Positions 1 through 11,769 of a stretch of 64,000 bases of DNA are shown here, piece after piece. The stretch's first letter is position 1, and each line of letters starts with the position of its first letter. A program made the translations under genes and the position numbers. The DNA is from an uncultured delta proteobacterium. Its GTDB lineage: Bacteria; Myxococcota_A; Polyangia; Fen-1088. The DNA is taken from NCBI GenBank assembly GCA_963767925.1, contig CAVYGB010000008.1, forward strand, positions 832,001 through 896,000, read 5' to 3'. The notes beneath the pieces are model-generated. The model was not told the origin of the DNA. It saw only the letters and a program-made list of their open reading frames with translations, and ran no database searches.

Positions 1-144
1 GCCGAGCTTGGCCCGCGGGGGGGGTGCCCCCGATCGGGCCGCGAGCTCGTCGACCACCATGAAGCCCAGGTTGTGGCGGGTTCGCTCGTATTCGCTGCCG
101 GGGTTGCCGAGCCCGACCACCAGCCACATCCGGGCACGTCCCTC

Positions 145-876
145 TTACTTGCCTTTCTTCTCTTTCTCTTCCTTGCCGCCGGCTGCTGCCGGAGCGGCCC
201 CCTTCTCCCCTTCCTTCTTGCCGCCGGCGGCCGCAGCCGCACCCTCGGCGGGAGCCGCCGCTGCGGCTTCGGCTGCCGCGGTGGCAGCGGCCTCTTCGGC
301 CTTGTCCTGGCGCGGCGCCACGACCGACGCGAGGCTGGACTTGGGGTCCAGCAAGGCGCGGATGCCGGCGGCGAGCTTGAGGTCGCTGACGTGGACGGCC
401 TGTCCGATGCTCAGCCCCGACACGTCGTATTCGATGCGCAGGGGGATGTCGCCTGGCTTGGCGGCGATGGCGATGTCGTGGGTGGCCTGGTGCAGGTTGC
501 CGCCGTTGACCACCCCGACCGGGGTGCCCTTGAGCAGCAGGGGGACCTTCACCTTGACCTCCTGGTCGAGGTTCACCCGCTGGAAGTCCACGTGGACGAT
601 CTTGCGCGACAGGGGGTGGAACTGGACCTCGCGGACCATCGCGGTGATCTCGCCCTTGGCGGCCCCATCGCCTGACAGCTTGAGGGAGAACACCGTGTTC
701 CGGCGGCGTTCCTTGTCCATCGAGCGCACGAGCGCCAGCGGATCGAGGGCCAGCGAGACGGGCTGCTCGCGCTGGCCGTAGAGCACGCCGGGGACCTTGC
801 CCCCGGCCCGGGTGCGGCGGGCGTTGCCCTTGCCAATGGTCTGACGAATCTCCACGTCGACTTTCGCAAAATCCAT
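145..876 (-). CDS. rplY: 50S ribosomal protein L25/Ctc
   Basis: GKGNARRTRAGGKVPGVLYG, VREVQFHP..HVDF, Ala/Lys tail; downstream of prs. Confidence 0.95.
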   Translation of the reverse strand: MDFAKVDVEIRQTIGKGNARRTRAGGKVPGVLYGQREQPVSLALDPLALVRSMDKERRRNTVFSLKLSGDGAAKGEITAMVREVQFHPLSRKIVHVDFQRVNLDQEVKVKVPLLLKGTPVGVVNGGNLHQATHDIAIAAKPGDIPLRIEYDVSGLSIGQAVHVSDLKLAAGIRALLDPKSSLASVVAPRQDKAEEAAATAAAEAAAAAPAEGAAAAAGGKKEGEKGAAPAAAGGKEEKEKKGK

Positions 877-907
877 TTCGGCGGTCCTTCTCCTACGGGC
901 TGGCGTT

Positions 908-1849
<942 letters not shown>

Positions 1850-1996
1850 GACGGTGAGCTTCGCGAACGGCGCCCGGGAGGTCTCGGGCGGCGCGCCGAA
1901 GGGGCGAATACTGTCATTTTGATTGTAGATTTGTCAACGCACAGGCAAATGCCGTGCCGCTTCCACAGGGCCTCGGCACCATGGTAAGAGGGCGCG

Positions 1997-2287
1997 GTGT
2001 ATGTCCTACGTTCCGCTCTCCTGCTCTGCCTGCTGGCCGGCTGCTACAAGCAGCCCGCCATCCCGCGCGACCGACCCCTCTCCTGCGCCTCCGACGATCC
2101 GGCGGAGTGCCCGGACGGGTTCGTGTGTGTCGACGACCGGATCTGTGCGCCGCAAGAGTGCGAGATGAACGAGGAATGCCCGCAAGACCTGGTCTGTGGC
2201 GGCCGCGCCGGGTGCGTCACGCCAGGCTCCCTCAGCGAGGCCGACGGCGGCAGCGACGCCGGCTCCGACCTGGGCGGTGGCTCGTGA
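1997..2287 (+). CDS. Small Cys-rich lipoprotein
   Basis: Lipobox LLAGC and repeated Cys motifs (CPDGFVC, CPQDLVC). Confidence 0.7.
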   Translation: MYVLRSALLLCLLAGCYKQPAIPRDRPLSCASDDPAECPDGFVCVDDRICAPQECEMNEECPQDLVCGGRAGCVTPGSLSEADGGSDAGSDLGGGS

Positions 2288-2700
2288 AACGGCTGGCAGC
2301 GCTTGTGACGTTGGGGGCCCTGCTCGCCGCCGGCTGCAGCAGTGCGCCGGGCGTGCGCAGCCGCTCGCTGGCCAAGGGCCTGCTGCTGGCCCTGACGGCG
2401 GCGGCGGCCGGCGGGCTGGCCGTGTCGGCCGTCAAGTCGGACAAGCTGGGGAAGGATCTCCGCGACGACGTCGCCGCCGGGACGGTGAGCGGCCGCGACT
2501 TCGCCCGGCGGGACGGGGAGGGGGCGCGCTGGAACCGGGCCGCCCGGGCCTCGGCCTTCGTGGGTGGGCTGGCCCTGGTGGGGCTGGTGATCACCTGGCA
2601 GATGGGCCTGGCCGATCGGTACCAGTTCGGCCCGGCCGAGCAGCCGAGCGTACCGCCCATCTATCCGGCTGGCAGCCCCCCGGCCGGGGCGGCCAAGTGA
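2284..2700 (+). CDS. Putative membrane lipoprotein
   Basis: GTG overlapping upstream stop (GTGA); LAAGC lipobox; two hydrophobic segments. Confidence 0.6.
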   Translation: MKRLAALVTLGALLAAGCSSAPGVRSRSLAKGLLLALTAAAAGGLAVSAVKSDKLGKDLRDDVAAGTVSGRDFARRDGEGARWNRAARASAFVGGLALVGLVITWQMGLADRYQFGPAEQPSVPPIYPAGSPPAGAAK

Positions 2701-2710
2701 GCGCCCACCT

Positions 2711-4842
2711 TCAGAGCTGAGCGAAGGCCAGATAGAACTTGTTGTTGCCGTCGTCGAGGACGCGCAGCGACCCGCGGGCGTCTGCCGGGAGCAGGCCCTC
2801 GAGGGTGGTCCAGCGGGTCTTCTCGACGATGAAGAAGACCCGCTTGCCCCGGTTGCGGCCCAGGAAGGCCTGCAGGTTCTCCTGGTTCCGGTCGCCGAGG
2901 AAGACCGTGCGGCCGTCGGGTGAGCCCGTGTAGATCTCGTTTCTCGTGTAAAAGGTCTCGCCCCGCCAGTACATCTGCCAGGCCACCAGGCGCTCCTCGG
3001 GGGAGCGGCGGAGCTGGTAGTACTTGGCGATGAGCGGCTTTTGCGACCAGTGGGCGGCGGTGGCCGGCAAGTAGCGGTCGAGCAGGAAGTAGTTGAAGGT
3101 GACGGCGGCGGCCGCCAGCCCCAGCGCCCCCACGAAGCGCGTCCGCCGGATCGCCAGCAGCGCCACCGTCAGGCCGAACAGGAGGGACCAGCCCACGATC
3201 GGCGTCCGGAAGTCGAGCTCGGCCGGCCAGGGGCGGCCCTGGGGCGCGTTCACGTAGTCGTAGGAGAACAGCCAGATGAAGAGCTGGGCGCTCTGGGGCG
3301 AGCGGACGAGGTCGTGGGTGACGAGGGCCAGCAGGGGCAGGCCGACCAGCGCGGCCGCCGCCGCCACCCGCTGGCGGCCGGGCCGGAGGACGTCGTCGAG
3401 GAAGCAGCCGACCACCAGCGCCAAACCGGGCAGCGCGGGCAAGATGTAATGGTGGAACTTGGTCATCGAGAGCGAGACAACCGCGTAGGCCGAGACGAAC
3501 CAGATCGCCCCCAGCCAGTAGACCTCCTGCCGGCGGGTGCGGGCGGCGTCCGAGCCGCCCGGGGTGGCCGGGATCCGCCGCGCCACCACCCAGACCAGCG
3601 CCGATGGGATGAGCGCGATCCAGGGCAGGGCGGCGTAGCCGATCTCGCGCAGGAAGTACTCGAAGGTGCCCCGATCGCCGTGCCGGCCCATGACCAGCCG
3701 GCGCCAGTGGTTGTCTCCGTAGAGCTCCTCCCAGAAGGGCATCCCGTGCCGGGCCAGCATCACGTGGTGCCAGGGGATGGCCACCACGGCGCAGCCCAGG
3801 AGCGCGACGAGCACCCCGTAGCCGAGCTGGGCCCTTCCGAGCCGCCGCCAGTTCCAGGTGAAGAACAGATAGGCCAGGAACACGATGACCGGCAGCCCCA
3901 GGCCGGCCAGGCCCTTGGCCAGGATGGCCAGCGCGCAGAGGACGCCGGCGATGTAGAGGTAGAGGGGCGCCTTCTTGCGGGTGCGCGCCGCCCAGTAGCC
4001 GAAGGCGATGAAGCCGGCGAAGTAGGGCAACATCAGCACGACGCCCGGGATGTTCAGGGCCCGCTGGCGCAAGAAGCGGGGCGTCCAGGTGACGGTGGCG
4101 GCGTCGACGATGAGCTGGGGCAGGGCGCAGACGACGAACAGGCCGAGCCCCAGGTAAAACAGGGGATGGTGGGGCCAGGACAGCCGGCCGCCAGCTCCGG
4201 CGAGGCAGGTCCTCGTCGTCCTCGTCGAAGAGGGCCAGGGTGCCCAGGGCCAGGGCCAGGGTCATGGGCCCGACGAAGGGCATGTCGGTCATGGCCTGGC
4301 GGGCGACCAGGCTGAACATGGGGCAGGTGCGCCAGGACGACGACCGAAAACAGCGCTGCCCGCCGGCTGACCAGCCGGGAGGCGACGAGGTAGACGCCGT
4401 AGAGGGCCAGCAGCGCCATCAGGCAAAACGGCAGCCGCAGGGCCCATTCGGCCGCCGTTCCCACCGCCATCTCCGAGGGAAGCCCGCCGCTCTCGCCCAG
4501 CCCGAACAGGTGCATCGACAGGCTCATCAGCCAGAAGGTCAGGACCGGCTTGGACCAGAAGTGTTCGCCGTCGAGCGGCGAGCCGGGCCAATACAGGCTG
4601 ACGAAGTCGTTGCGCTCGGTCATCTGGCGAGCCACCTCGCCGTAGTGGGTCTCCCAGGGATCGAACAGGCCGTAGCTGCCGGCGAAGGGCAGGTAGAGCA
4701 GCAGGCCGAACAGCAGGACCGCTGCCGTGAGCTGGCGCTCGGACAGCCGCTGCAGCCAGCAGGACGAGGAGGGTGGGGCGCTCGGAGAGGGGGGGGTGGA
4801 CATGCGGCCGCGAGCCCGAGAATCTATTTGCGACGCCACCAC
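2711..4842 (-). pseudogene. ArnT/PMT (GT39/GT83-like) membrane glycosyltransferase split by two +1 frameshifts (~4331, ~4188)
   Basis: DPWETHYGEVARQM, SKPVLTFW, KFHHYILPALP spread over three frames; may be assembly indels. Confidence 0.75.
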
Positions 4843-5102
4843 CTGTGAAGGGCGAAGGCGACGGCGCCGCAGGCCAGGGCCACCGCGAGGCCGGGGCCCC
4901 AGATGGTCCGGAGCTGGGGAATCCAGTAGCGCAGGGGCGTGATCCCCGGCTGATGCCGGCGCAAGAAATCGACCTGGGCGGCCACGTAGCTGCCGACCAG
5001 GGCGAGCACCGCCAGAGTGGCCAGCACGCGCACCGCCAGGACGGCCGTCCCGGTCTCCGGCTCGGGCTCGAGCGGACCGGGCGGCCCCGACGTCGAATCC
5101 AT
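4824..5102 (-). CDS. Small membrane protein
   Basis: Two hydrophobic helices; in operon order on the minus strand. Confidence 0.55.
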   Translation of the reverse strand: MDSTSGPPGPLEPEPETGTAVLAVRVLATLAVLALVGSYVAAQVDFLRRHQPGITPLRYWIPQLRTIWGPGLAVALACGAVAFALHRWWRRK

Positions 5103-5113
5103 GTTCGCCGGCG

Positions 5114-6076
5114 CTACTTGGGGCTGGCCGGCGCTGGCGTCGCCGGGCTGGTGGCGGCGGGTGGGGCGGGCGGGGGGCTCGCGGGGGCCTTCACCCCTTC
5201 TTTCGCGGCCGCCCGCAGCAGGGCGAGCGCGCGGGGCGCCTCGGCGTCGAAGTCCTTGGCCCGGGCCTCGACGCTGATCCCGCCCTGGTACTTGATCTTG
5301 CGGAGGTTGTCGAAGAAGCCGGAGTAGTCGTACTCCTCGGCGGACTGGGGGAACACGCGCCCGTTCGGATTGGCGATGTGGATGTGGCGCAGCTCCTTCT
5401 TCGCCTTCACCAGGATCGACGGGTCCTCCTTCTCCGAGGCCAGGTGATAAAAATCGACCATGAGCTGGAAGTTGGGGTGACCGACCGCCTGCACCCAGGC
5501 CAGCCCCTCGGCCGCGCTGTTGATGGTGTTCGTCTCCTGGCGACGCAGGGGCTCCACCGCCACGACGACCTTGCGCTTCTTGGCCTCGGGGGCGATCCGC
5601 TTGGCGAACTCGACCAGCTGCTTCCAGGCCTCGTCCTTGGAGAAGCCGTCGGGGACCTTGCGCGAGCCACCGCTGCCGAAGACGATCACCTTCAGGCCGA
5701 GCTTGGCCGCGCGATCGAAGGCCCGGCCCACGTAGGCCATCTGGGCGGCCTTGTCGATCTCCGGTCCGACCACCTTGAGGTCGCCGGGGAGAAAGAGGTT
5801 GCCGACCGGCGTCGGGATGCCTGCCGCCTTGTGCCGCTCGACCAGCTTGGCGAAGTCCTCGTCCGAGAGGTTGGCGAAGGAGCGGACCGGCAGCTCGACG
5901 TAGTCGAAGCCGGCCTTCTTGGCCTTGTCGAGGTCGTCGGTGCAGTACCCGATCGTCACCTTGTCCGCGGCGGGAGCTGGCCGCGCGGCGAAAACGATCC
6001 CGAGCCCCAAAATCAGCGGGATGACCAGCGGGACGGCGACCAGCCTGACGCCTCGAGCGAAGATGGGATTTTTCAT
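5114..6076 (-). CDS. Sugar-phosphate isomerase/epimerase (AP endonuclease 2 TIM barrel), signal peptide
   Basis: GFDYVEL, VEPL, DFYH, HIHIA, SVE metal ligands. Confidence 0.85.
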   Translation of the reverse strand: MKNPIFARGVRLVAVPLVIPLILGLGIVFAARPAPAADKVTIGYCTDDLDKAKKAGFDYVELPVRSFANLSDEDFAKLVERHKAAGIPTPVGNLFLPGDLKVVGPEIDKAAQMAYVGRAFDRAAKLGLKVIVFGSGGSRKVPDGFSKDEAWKQLVEFAKRIAPEAKKRKVVVAVEPLRRQETNTINSAAEGLAWVQAVGHPNFQLMVDFYHLASEKEDPSILVKAKKELRHIHIANPNGRVFPQSAEEYDYSGFFDNLRKIKYQGGISVEARAKDFDAEAPRALALLRAAAKEGVKAPASPPPAPPAATSPATPAPASPK

Positions 6077-6142
6077 TGCGCGGAGCGGAGTTTAACCCAG
6101 TTCTCGCCGCCCGGGGAAATCGGGTACTATCCGCGATTAGCC

Positions 6143-7573
6143 GTGAAAACCTTCCTCGACGAAGACTTTCTCCTCCCCAACGAAACCGCGATCCGGCTCT
6201 ACCACGAGCACGCCAAGGGCGAGCCGATCATCGATTATCACTGCCATCTGCCGCCCGACCAGATCGCGAACAACCACCGCTTCGGGAGCCTCACCGAGAT
6301 CTGGCTGAACGGCGACCACTACAAGTGGCGGGCGCTGCGGGCCAACGGGGTGCCCGAGCGGCTCGTCACCGGGCCGGCGTCCGACTGGGAGAAGTTCGAG
6401 GCCTGGGCCAAGACGGTGCCCTATACCCTGCGCAATCCGCTCTACCACTGGACCCACCTCGAGCTGCGGTTCCCCTTCGGGGTCAAGGGCAAGGTCCTCA
6501 ACGAGAAGACGGCCCGCGAGATCTACGATCACTGCGGAAAGCTGCTCGAGCGCGACGACTTCACCACCCAGGGGCTGCTGCGGCAGTACCGGGTGCTGGT
6601 GGTCTGTTCGACCGACGACCCCACCGACTCGCTCGAGCACCACGCCAAACACGCCAAGCAGATCAAGGCGAGCACGACCGCCTCGACCCGCCTGTACCCG
6701 ACCTGGCGGCCCGACCGCTCGCTGGCCGTGCACGACCTGCCGGTCTGGAACGAGTGGGTCAACAAGCTGGAGGCCGCGTCCGGGGTGGCGGTCAAGAGCT
6801 ACGCCACCTTGATCGAGGCGCTCGGCAAGCGGCACGATGTCTTCCACGCCCACGGCTGTCGGGCCTCCGACCACGGGCTCGAGGCGATGTACGCCACGCC
6901 CTATACCGAGCGGGAGGTGGCCGCCGCCTTCGACAAGGCCCGCGCCGGCAAGGCCCTCGGTCCCGACGAGATCGACAAGTTCCGCTCGGCGGTGCTGTAC
7001 GACACGGCGCTGATGGACCACGCCCGGGGCTGGACCCAGCAGTTTCACCTGGGGGCCATGCGCAACAACAACAGCCGCATGTTCAAGACCCTGGGCCCCG
7101 ACACCGGCTTCGATTCGATCGGTGATCTGCCCCAGGCCTCGGCGGTGGCGCGGTTCCTGGATCGGCTCGAGAGCACCGGCCAGCTCCCGAAGACGATCCT
7201 CTACAACCTCAACCCGGCGGACAACGAGGCCCTGGCTACCGTGCTGGGAAACTTCAACGACGGATCGATCCCCGGGAAGATGCAGTTCGGCAGCGCCTGG
7301 TGGTTCTTGGATCAGCTCGACGGCATGGAGAAGCAGATCAACGCCCTCTCCAACATGGGCCTGCTGTCTCGCTTCGTGGGCATGTTGACCGACTCGCGCA
7401 GCTTCCTGTCGTACTCCCGGCACGAGTACTTCCGGCGGCTGCTCTGCGCCATGATAGGGACCGACGTCGAGCGGGGGGTGCTCCCCAACGACATCTCGCT
7501 GCTGGGCGGGCTGGTCAGGGACGTCTGCTTCCGCAATGCCCGCGGCTACTTCGGGTTTGACCTCGACTCGTAA
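6143..7573 (+). CDS. uxaC: Glucuronate isomerase
   Basis: FLDEDFLL, IIDYHCHL, GDHYKWR, GSAWWFLD, GMLTDSRSFLSY. Confidence 0.95.
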   Translation: MKTFLDEDFLLPNETAIRLYHEHAKGEPIIDYHCHLPPDQIANNHRFGSLTEIWLNGDHYKWRALRANGVPERLVTGPASDWEKFEAWAKTVPYTLRNPLYHWTHLELRFPFGVKGKVLNEKTAREIYDHCGKLLERDDFTTQGLLRQYRVLVVCSTDDPTDSLEHHAKHAKQIKASTTASTRLYPTWRPDRSLAVHDLPVWNEWVNKLEAASGVAVKSYATLIEALGKRHDVFHAHGCRASDHGLEAMYATPYTEREVAAAFDKARAGKALGPDEIDKFRSAVLYDTALMDHARGWTQQFHLGAMRNNNSRMFKTLGPDTGFDSIGDLPQASAVARFLDRLESTGQLPKTILYNLNPADNEALATVLGNFNDGSIPGKMQFGSAWWFLDQLDGMEKQINALSNMGLLSRFVGMLTDSRSFLSYSRHEYFRRLLCAMIGTDVERGVLPNDISLLGGLVRDVCFRNARGYFGFDLDS

Positions 7574-8114
7574 AGGGGGCGGCAAAGGCGGCCCCCCGGC
7601 CCGGCTCACCCACCTCGACGCCCGGGGCCGGGCGCGCATGGTCGACGTCGGCGCCAAACCGGAGACCCACCGGGTGGCGGTCGCCGAGGCGCTGATCATC
7701 ATGCGCCCGGCGACCCTCGCGCTCGTGGTGGCGGGGTCGGGCAAGAAGGGGGACGCCCTCTCCACCGCCCGCATCGCCGCCCTGGCCGCCCTCAAGCGGA
7801 CGTCCGAGCTGATCCCCCTTTGCCATCCGGTCCGGGTGGTGGGCAGCGACGTGACCCTCACGCCCGATCCCCGCCTGCCGGGGGTGCGGGCGCGGGTGGA
7901 GGTCCAGGCCTTCGATCGCACGGGGGTGGAGATGGAGGCCATGGTCGGGGCCGCCGCCGCCGCCTTGACCCTCTACGACATGGTCAAGGGGGTCGAGCGC
8001 GGCGTCGTGATCGGTCCGATTCGCTTGCTGGAGAAGCGGGGCGGCCGCTCCGGCGTCTGGCGCAGCGAGGAGGACGGCGCGCGCGGCGTGGCGAAGTCCA
8101 GCCGGGTGCGCTAA
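7536..8114 (+). CDS. moaC: Cyclic pyranopterin monophosphate synthase
   Basis: LTHLD..G.ARMVDV, LIPLCHP, TGVEMEA, LTLYDM.K. Confidence 0.93.
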   Translation: MPAATSGLTSTRKGGGKGGPPARLTHLDARGRARMVDVGAKPETHRVAVAEALIIMRPATLALVVAGSGKKGDALSTARIAALAALKRTSELIPLCHPVRVVGSDVTLTPDPRLPGVRARVEVQAFDRTGVEMEAMVGAAAAALTLYDMVKGVERGVVIGPIRLLEKRGGRSGVWRSEEDGARGVAKSSRVR

Positions 8115-8139
8115 ATCCGCGGGAGGAGCACATTCGTTC

Positions 8140-9111
8140 ATGAGCAGTTCCGAGAGCGCCAAGGTCGTGATCATCGGGTCCGGTCCAGCCGGGTACACCG
8201 CGGCCGTCTATTCGGCCCGGGCCAACCTGGAGCCCATCCTGTTCGAGGGCGGCGGCGCCCTCATCGAGCCGATCACCATCCCCGGCGGTCAGCTCATGAT
8301 CACGACCGAAGTGGAGAACTATCCCGGGTTCCCGAAGGGGATCCAGGGACCGGAGCTCATGGACCTGTTCAAGGAGCAGGCGATCCGGTTCGGGACGCGG
8401 GTGCGCACCACCGACGTCACCGCGGTCGACCTGTCGGCGCGCCCCTTCCGGGTGACCGCGGGGGAGGAGCAGGTGCTGGCCGAGTCCCTCATCGTGGCCA
8501 CGGGCGCCTCGGCCAAGTGGCTCGGCATCCCCTCCGAGCAGCGGCTCCAGAACCACGGGGTCTCGGCCTGCGCCACCTGCGACGGCGCCCTGTTCAAGGG
8601 CCGCGAGCTGGTCGTGGTGGGGGGCGGCGACACCGCCATGGAAGAGGCGACCTTCCTGACCCGCTTCGCCACCAAGGTGACCATCGTGCACCGGCGCGAG
8701 GAGTTCCGGGCCTCGAAGATCATGCTCGACCGCGCCCGGCGCAACCCGCGCATCGAGTTCGTCCTCAACGCCGTGGTCGAGGAGATCATCGGTCAGGCCC
8801 CGCGCCCGGGGGTGACCGGGGTGGTGTTGAAGAGCACAAAGACCGGGGGCGAAGCGGGCAAGACCTGGACGCTCCCGGCCGGCGGGGTGTTCGTGGCCAT
8901 CGGGCACGAGCCCAACTCGCGCCTGTTCAAGGGCTTGCTCGACATGGACGACGCCGGCTACCTGCGCACGCGCCCCGGCTCCACCGCTACCAACGTCGCG
9001 GGTGTGTTCGCGTGCGGGGATGTAGCCGACAAGGTCTACCGGCAGGCGGTGACCGCCGCCGGCACCGGCTGCATGGCCGCCATCGACGCCGAGCGGTTCC
9101 TGGCCCATTAG
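8140..9111 (+). CDS. trxB: Thioredoxin reductase
   Basis: [35 protein letters not shown]. Confidence 0.96.
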   Translation: MSSSESAKVVIIGSGPAGYTAAVYSARANLEPILFEGGGALIEPITIPGGQLMITTEVENYPGFPKGIQGPELMDLFKEQAIRFGTRVRTTDVTAVDLSARPFRVTAGEEQVLAESLIVATGASAKWLGIPSEQRLQNHGVSACATCDGALFKGRELVVVGGGDTAMEEATFLTRFATKVTIVHRREEFRASKIMLDRARRNPRIEFVLNAVVEEIIGQAPRPGVTGVVLKSTKTGGEAGKTWTLPAGGVFVAIGHEPNSRLFKGLLDMDDAGYLRTRPGSTATNVAGVFACGDVADKVYRQAVTAAGTGCMAAIDAERFLAH

Positions 9112-9152
9112 GGGACCGCCCCAGGGCCGCATTTGTGCGGCATAATGAGCGC

Positions 9153-9734
9153 GTGAGTGACGAGTGGTTGGCTCCGACGGTCGCGGGTGCGTCCGGCGTA
9201 CCCGAGCCGGCGCCGAGCCCAGCGACTGACCAGGACGACGATCCCGACAGCCCGGACGCTCGCGTCGCGCGGGCGGACAACGTCCGCCTGCTGGCCCGGA
9301 TCAACCTGTTCTCGGGGTTACCGCCGGTCTACCTGCAGCGGATCGAGGCGCTCGGCCAGGTGGAGAGCCACCCGGGCGGAGCCCAGGTGTTCGCCGAGGG
9401 GAGCCCGGGCGACAAGGTGTACTTGATCCTGGAGGGGAAGGTCCGCATCTCGCGCAACGTGCCCGGCATCGGGGAGGAGGCGCTGGCGGTCCTCAAGGCC
9501 GGGGACTACTTCGGCGAGATGGCCCTGATCGACGATTTTCCCCGGAGCGCCGACGCCCGGGTCCACGAGCCCGCCCGGCTGTTCGTGATCTCGAAGGAGC
9601 ACCTGCAGGACCTCCTCTTCATCGATCGCGAGCTGGCCTACGAGTTGCTGTGGAACTTCGTCCGCACGCTCAGCAACCGCCTGCGCGAGACCAACGACAA
9701 GATGACCTTCCTCGCGGCTTCGAGTCGGTTCTAG
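9153..9734 (+). CDS. Cyclic nucleotide-binding domain protein
   Basis: EGSPGD..Y.I.EG.V, GDYFGEMAL..PRSA. Confidence 0.85.
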   Translation: MSDEWLAPTVAGASGVPEPAPSPATDQDDDPDSPDARVARADNVRLLARINLFSGLPPVYLQRIEALGQVESHPGGAQVFAEGSPGDKVYLILEGKVRISRNVPGIGEEALAVLKAGDYFGEMALIDDFPRSADARVHEPARLFVISKEHLQDLLFIDRELAYELLWNFVRTLSNRLRETNDKMTFLAASSRF

Positions 9735-9821
9735 CCGAGGGTGCTCCGGCCATCTCTTTCCTTGATCTGGAGCGGCTGGCGTGTTAGCGGAACCCTCGCC
9801 ATTGATCCGGAAGCTAGAAAG

Positions 9822-10058
9822 ATGTGGCTGGTCGCCGGCAGCGCGGGCGCGCTCGGGCTGGAGATCCTGCTTGCCCTCGCCGTCGGCTGGTTCGGGGGGG
9901 AGTATCTCGACCGCAAGCTCGGGACCGCGCCCTGGTTGCAGTGGTTCGGGCTGGCGGTGGGCATCGGCGCGGCGATCAACGCCATGGTCCGGGTCACCCG
10001 GGTCTACAAGAAGTCGCTGAAAGACGATGTTCCTCCTCGGCAAGACCCGAAACCTTGA
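9822..10058 (+). CDS. AtpZ/AtpI-family (ATPase gene 1) protein; start may be 9741
   Basis: G.YLDRKLGTAPW motif; precedes atpB. Confidence 0.8.
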   Translation: MWLVAGSAGALGLEILLALAVGWFGGEYLDRKLGTAPWLQWFGLAVGIGAAINAMVRVTRVYKKSLKDDVPPRQDPKP

Positions 10059-10434
10059 CCCGCTGGCGCTCGCGGCCCTGCTGGCCCCGGTCCTGGCCGG
10101 GGCGGTCGTGCTCCTGGCCACCCTCCTGTGGGGACGGCGGGGGCTGACGGCGGCCGGGCTGGGAGCGCTCGTCTCGATCGTCAACCTCTGGGTGCTCAGC
10201 CGGCTCTCTGCCCGGGCCGCCCGCCGGGCGGTGGCCGAGGGGGGGGGACAGGCGGCGGCCTCCGGGCTGCAAGCCGCCCTGAGCGCCAAGACCGCCGTCA
10301 TGCTCGGGGTGGTCGGCCTGCTGGTGGGGGGGGTGGGCGCCGGGCTCGATCCAGCGCCCTTTGCGATGGGACTTCTGGTATCGGTCTTTGCGCTGCTGCT
10401 GGCCGGTCTCTCCGGAGCGGCAGCACTACGGTAA
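10027..10434 (+). CDS. ATP synthase subunit I-like membrane protein
   Basis: Four hydrophobic helices, G..VS.VN; lies between atpZ-like gene and atpB. Confidence 0.7.
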   Translation: MFLLGKTRNLDPLALAALLAPVLAGAVVLLATLLWGRRGLTAAGLGALVSIVNLWVLSRLSARAARRAVAEGGGQAAASGLQAALSAKTAVMLGVVGLLVGGVGAGLDPAPFAMGLLVSVFALLLAGLSGAAALR

Positions 10435-10442
10435 AAAAAACG

Positions 10443-11231
10443 ATGGGACCTCACGGCACCTGGTTCGACTTCATCCCCGGTCTGGACGCCTGGAAGCTGC
10501 AGGCCAAGGAGCGGCTCGGCCGCGAGTGGACCTGGCAGGTCTTCCAGTCGACCTACTTCGAGATCACCCACGTCCTCATGGCGGCGCTGGTTGTCCTCCT
10601 GCTGGCGCTCGGCACCTTCTCCTATCGAAGGAAGGTGAACCGCCTGGGCGAGGCGGCGGTCCTGCCCGAGCGGCGCCTGAACCTGCGGGCGGTGTTCGAG
10701 GGGCTGGCCGACATGGTCTTCGGCTTGCTGCAGGGGGTGATGGGGGACAAGAACGCCAGGAAGTACCTGCCCTTTCTGGGGTCCTTCTTCATCTTCATCC
10801 TGGCCTCCAACCTGATCTCGCTGGTCCCGGGCTTCCGGGCCCCGACCGACACGCTGAAGACCAACATCGGCCTGGCGCTGCTCGTCTTTTTGGCCAGCCA
10901 CATCCTGGGGTTCAAGACCCACGGCCTGCATTACCTGGAGCAGTTCACCGGTCACCTGCCGCTCAAGGGGCCCATCGTGGTGCTGCTGCCCTTCATGTTC
11001 GTGATCGAGCTGGTGAGCCACATGATCCGCCCGGCCACCCTGGCCATCCGGCTCATGGCCAACATGTTCGCCGACCACACCGTGGTGGGTGTGTTCTTTC
11101 TCCTCTTCCCGCTTTTTCTGCCGGTGCCCTTCCTCTTGCTAGGCGTGTTCGTCTCGTTCGTGCAGGCTCTCGTCTTCACGGTCCTGTCGGCGACGTACAT
11201 CAACCTGGCTATCGCCCAGGAGGAACACTAA
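10443..11231 (+). CDS. atpB: F0 ATP synthase subunit a
   Basis: IELVSHMIRPATLAIRLMANMFADH, VQALVF. Confidence 0.95.
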   Translation: MGPHGTWFDFIPGLDAWKLQAKERLGREWTWQVFQSTYFEITHVLMAALVVLLLALGTFSYRRKVNRLGEAAVLPERRLNLRAVFEGLADMVFGLLQGVMGDKNARKYLPFLGSFFIFILASNLISLVPGFRAPTDTLKTNIGLALLVFLASHILGFKTHGLHYLEQFTGHLPLKGPIVVLLPFMFVIELVSHMIRPATLAIRLMANMFADHTVVGVFFLLFPLFLPVPFLLLGVFVSFVQALVFTVLSATYINLAIAQEEH

Positions 11232-11367
11232 GCAGAGCACCGGGAAGAATCGCCGAATCCCGACGACCGCCCGACCGACCCGATCCGAACCCGAAACGAA
11301 CCGAGACCGGACGCGAAGGCAAGACATCCAGTCCGCGAAACCGAGCTTGCAACGGAGGAATCCAGTC

Positions 11368-11706
11368 ATGTACCGAACAATCAAGGCCCTTTCAGCGATG
11401 CTCTTTGGCGCAGTGGCGCTGCTCAGCAGTGCGGTCGCTTTCGCCCAGGACGCGGCCGCGGCATCCGGCAGTGGCACCCGCGAGCTGGGGCTCGCCATCG
11501 GGGCCGGCCTCGCGGTCGGGCTGGCGGCGCTGGGTGGTGGTCTCGGTCAGGGCCGCGCGGCCGCTTCCGCGCTCGACGGCATCGCCCGCAACCCGCAGGC
11601 CTCGGGCAAGATCTTCACCCCGATGATCATCGGGCTGGCCTTGACCGAATCGCTCGTCATCCTGGCGTTCGTCATCGCCTTCAGCTTGTTCGGCAAAATC
11701 GGCTGA
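11368..11706 (+). CDS. atpE: F0 ATP synthase subunit c
   Basis: GxGxG motif, ARNP, conserved Glu in LALTES; GGAGG RBS. Confidence 0.95.
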   Translation: MYRTIKALSAMLFGAVALLSSAVAFAQDAAAASGSGTRELGLAIGAGLAVGLAALGGGLGQGRAAASALDGIARNPQASGKIFTPMIIGLALTESLVILAFVIAFSLFGKIG

Positions 11707-11769
11707 CCGGCTGACCGGCCGACCTGGTCGGCCGAGCCAGCGCGGGCTCCCAGCCAAGCACCCACCACC

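Noticed and set aside
5378..6142. 731-aa N-terminally extended UxaC
   Set aside because: The extension is the antisense shadow of the epimerase gene; the family start is at 6143.
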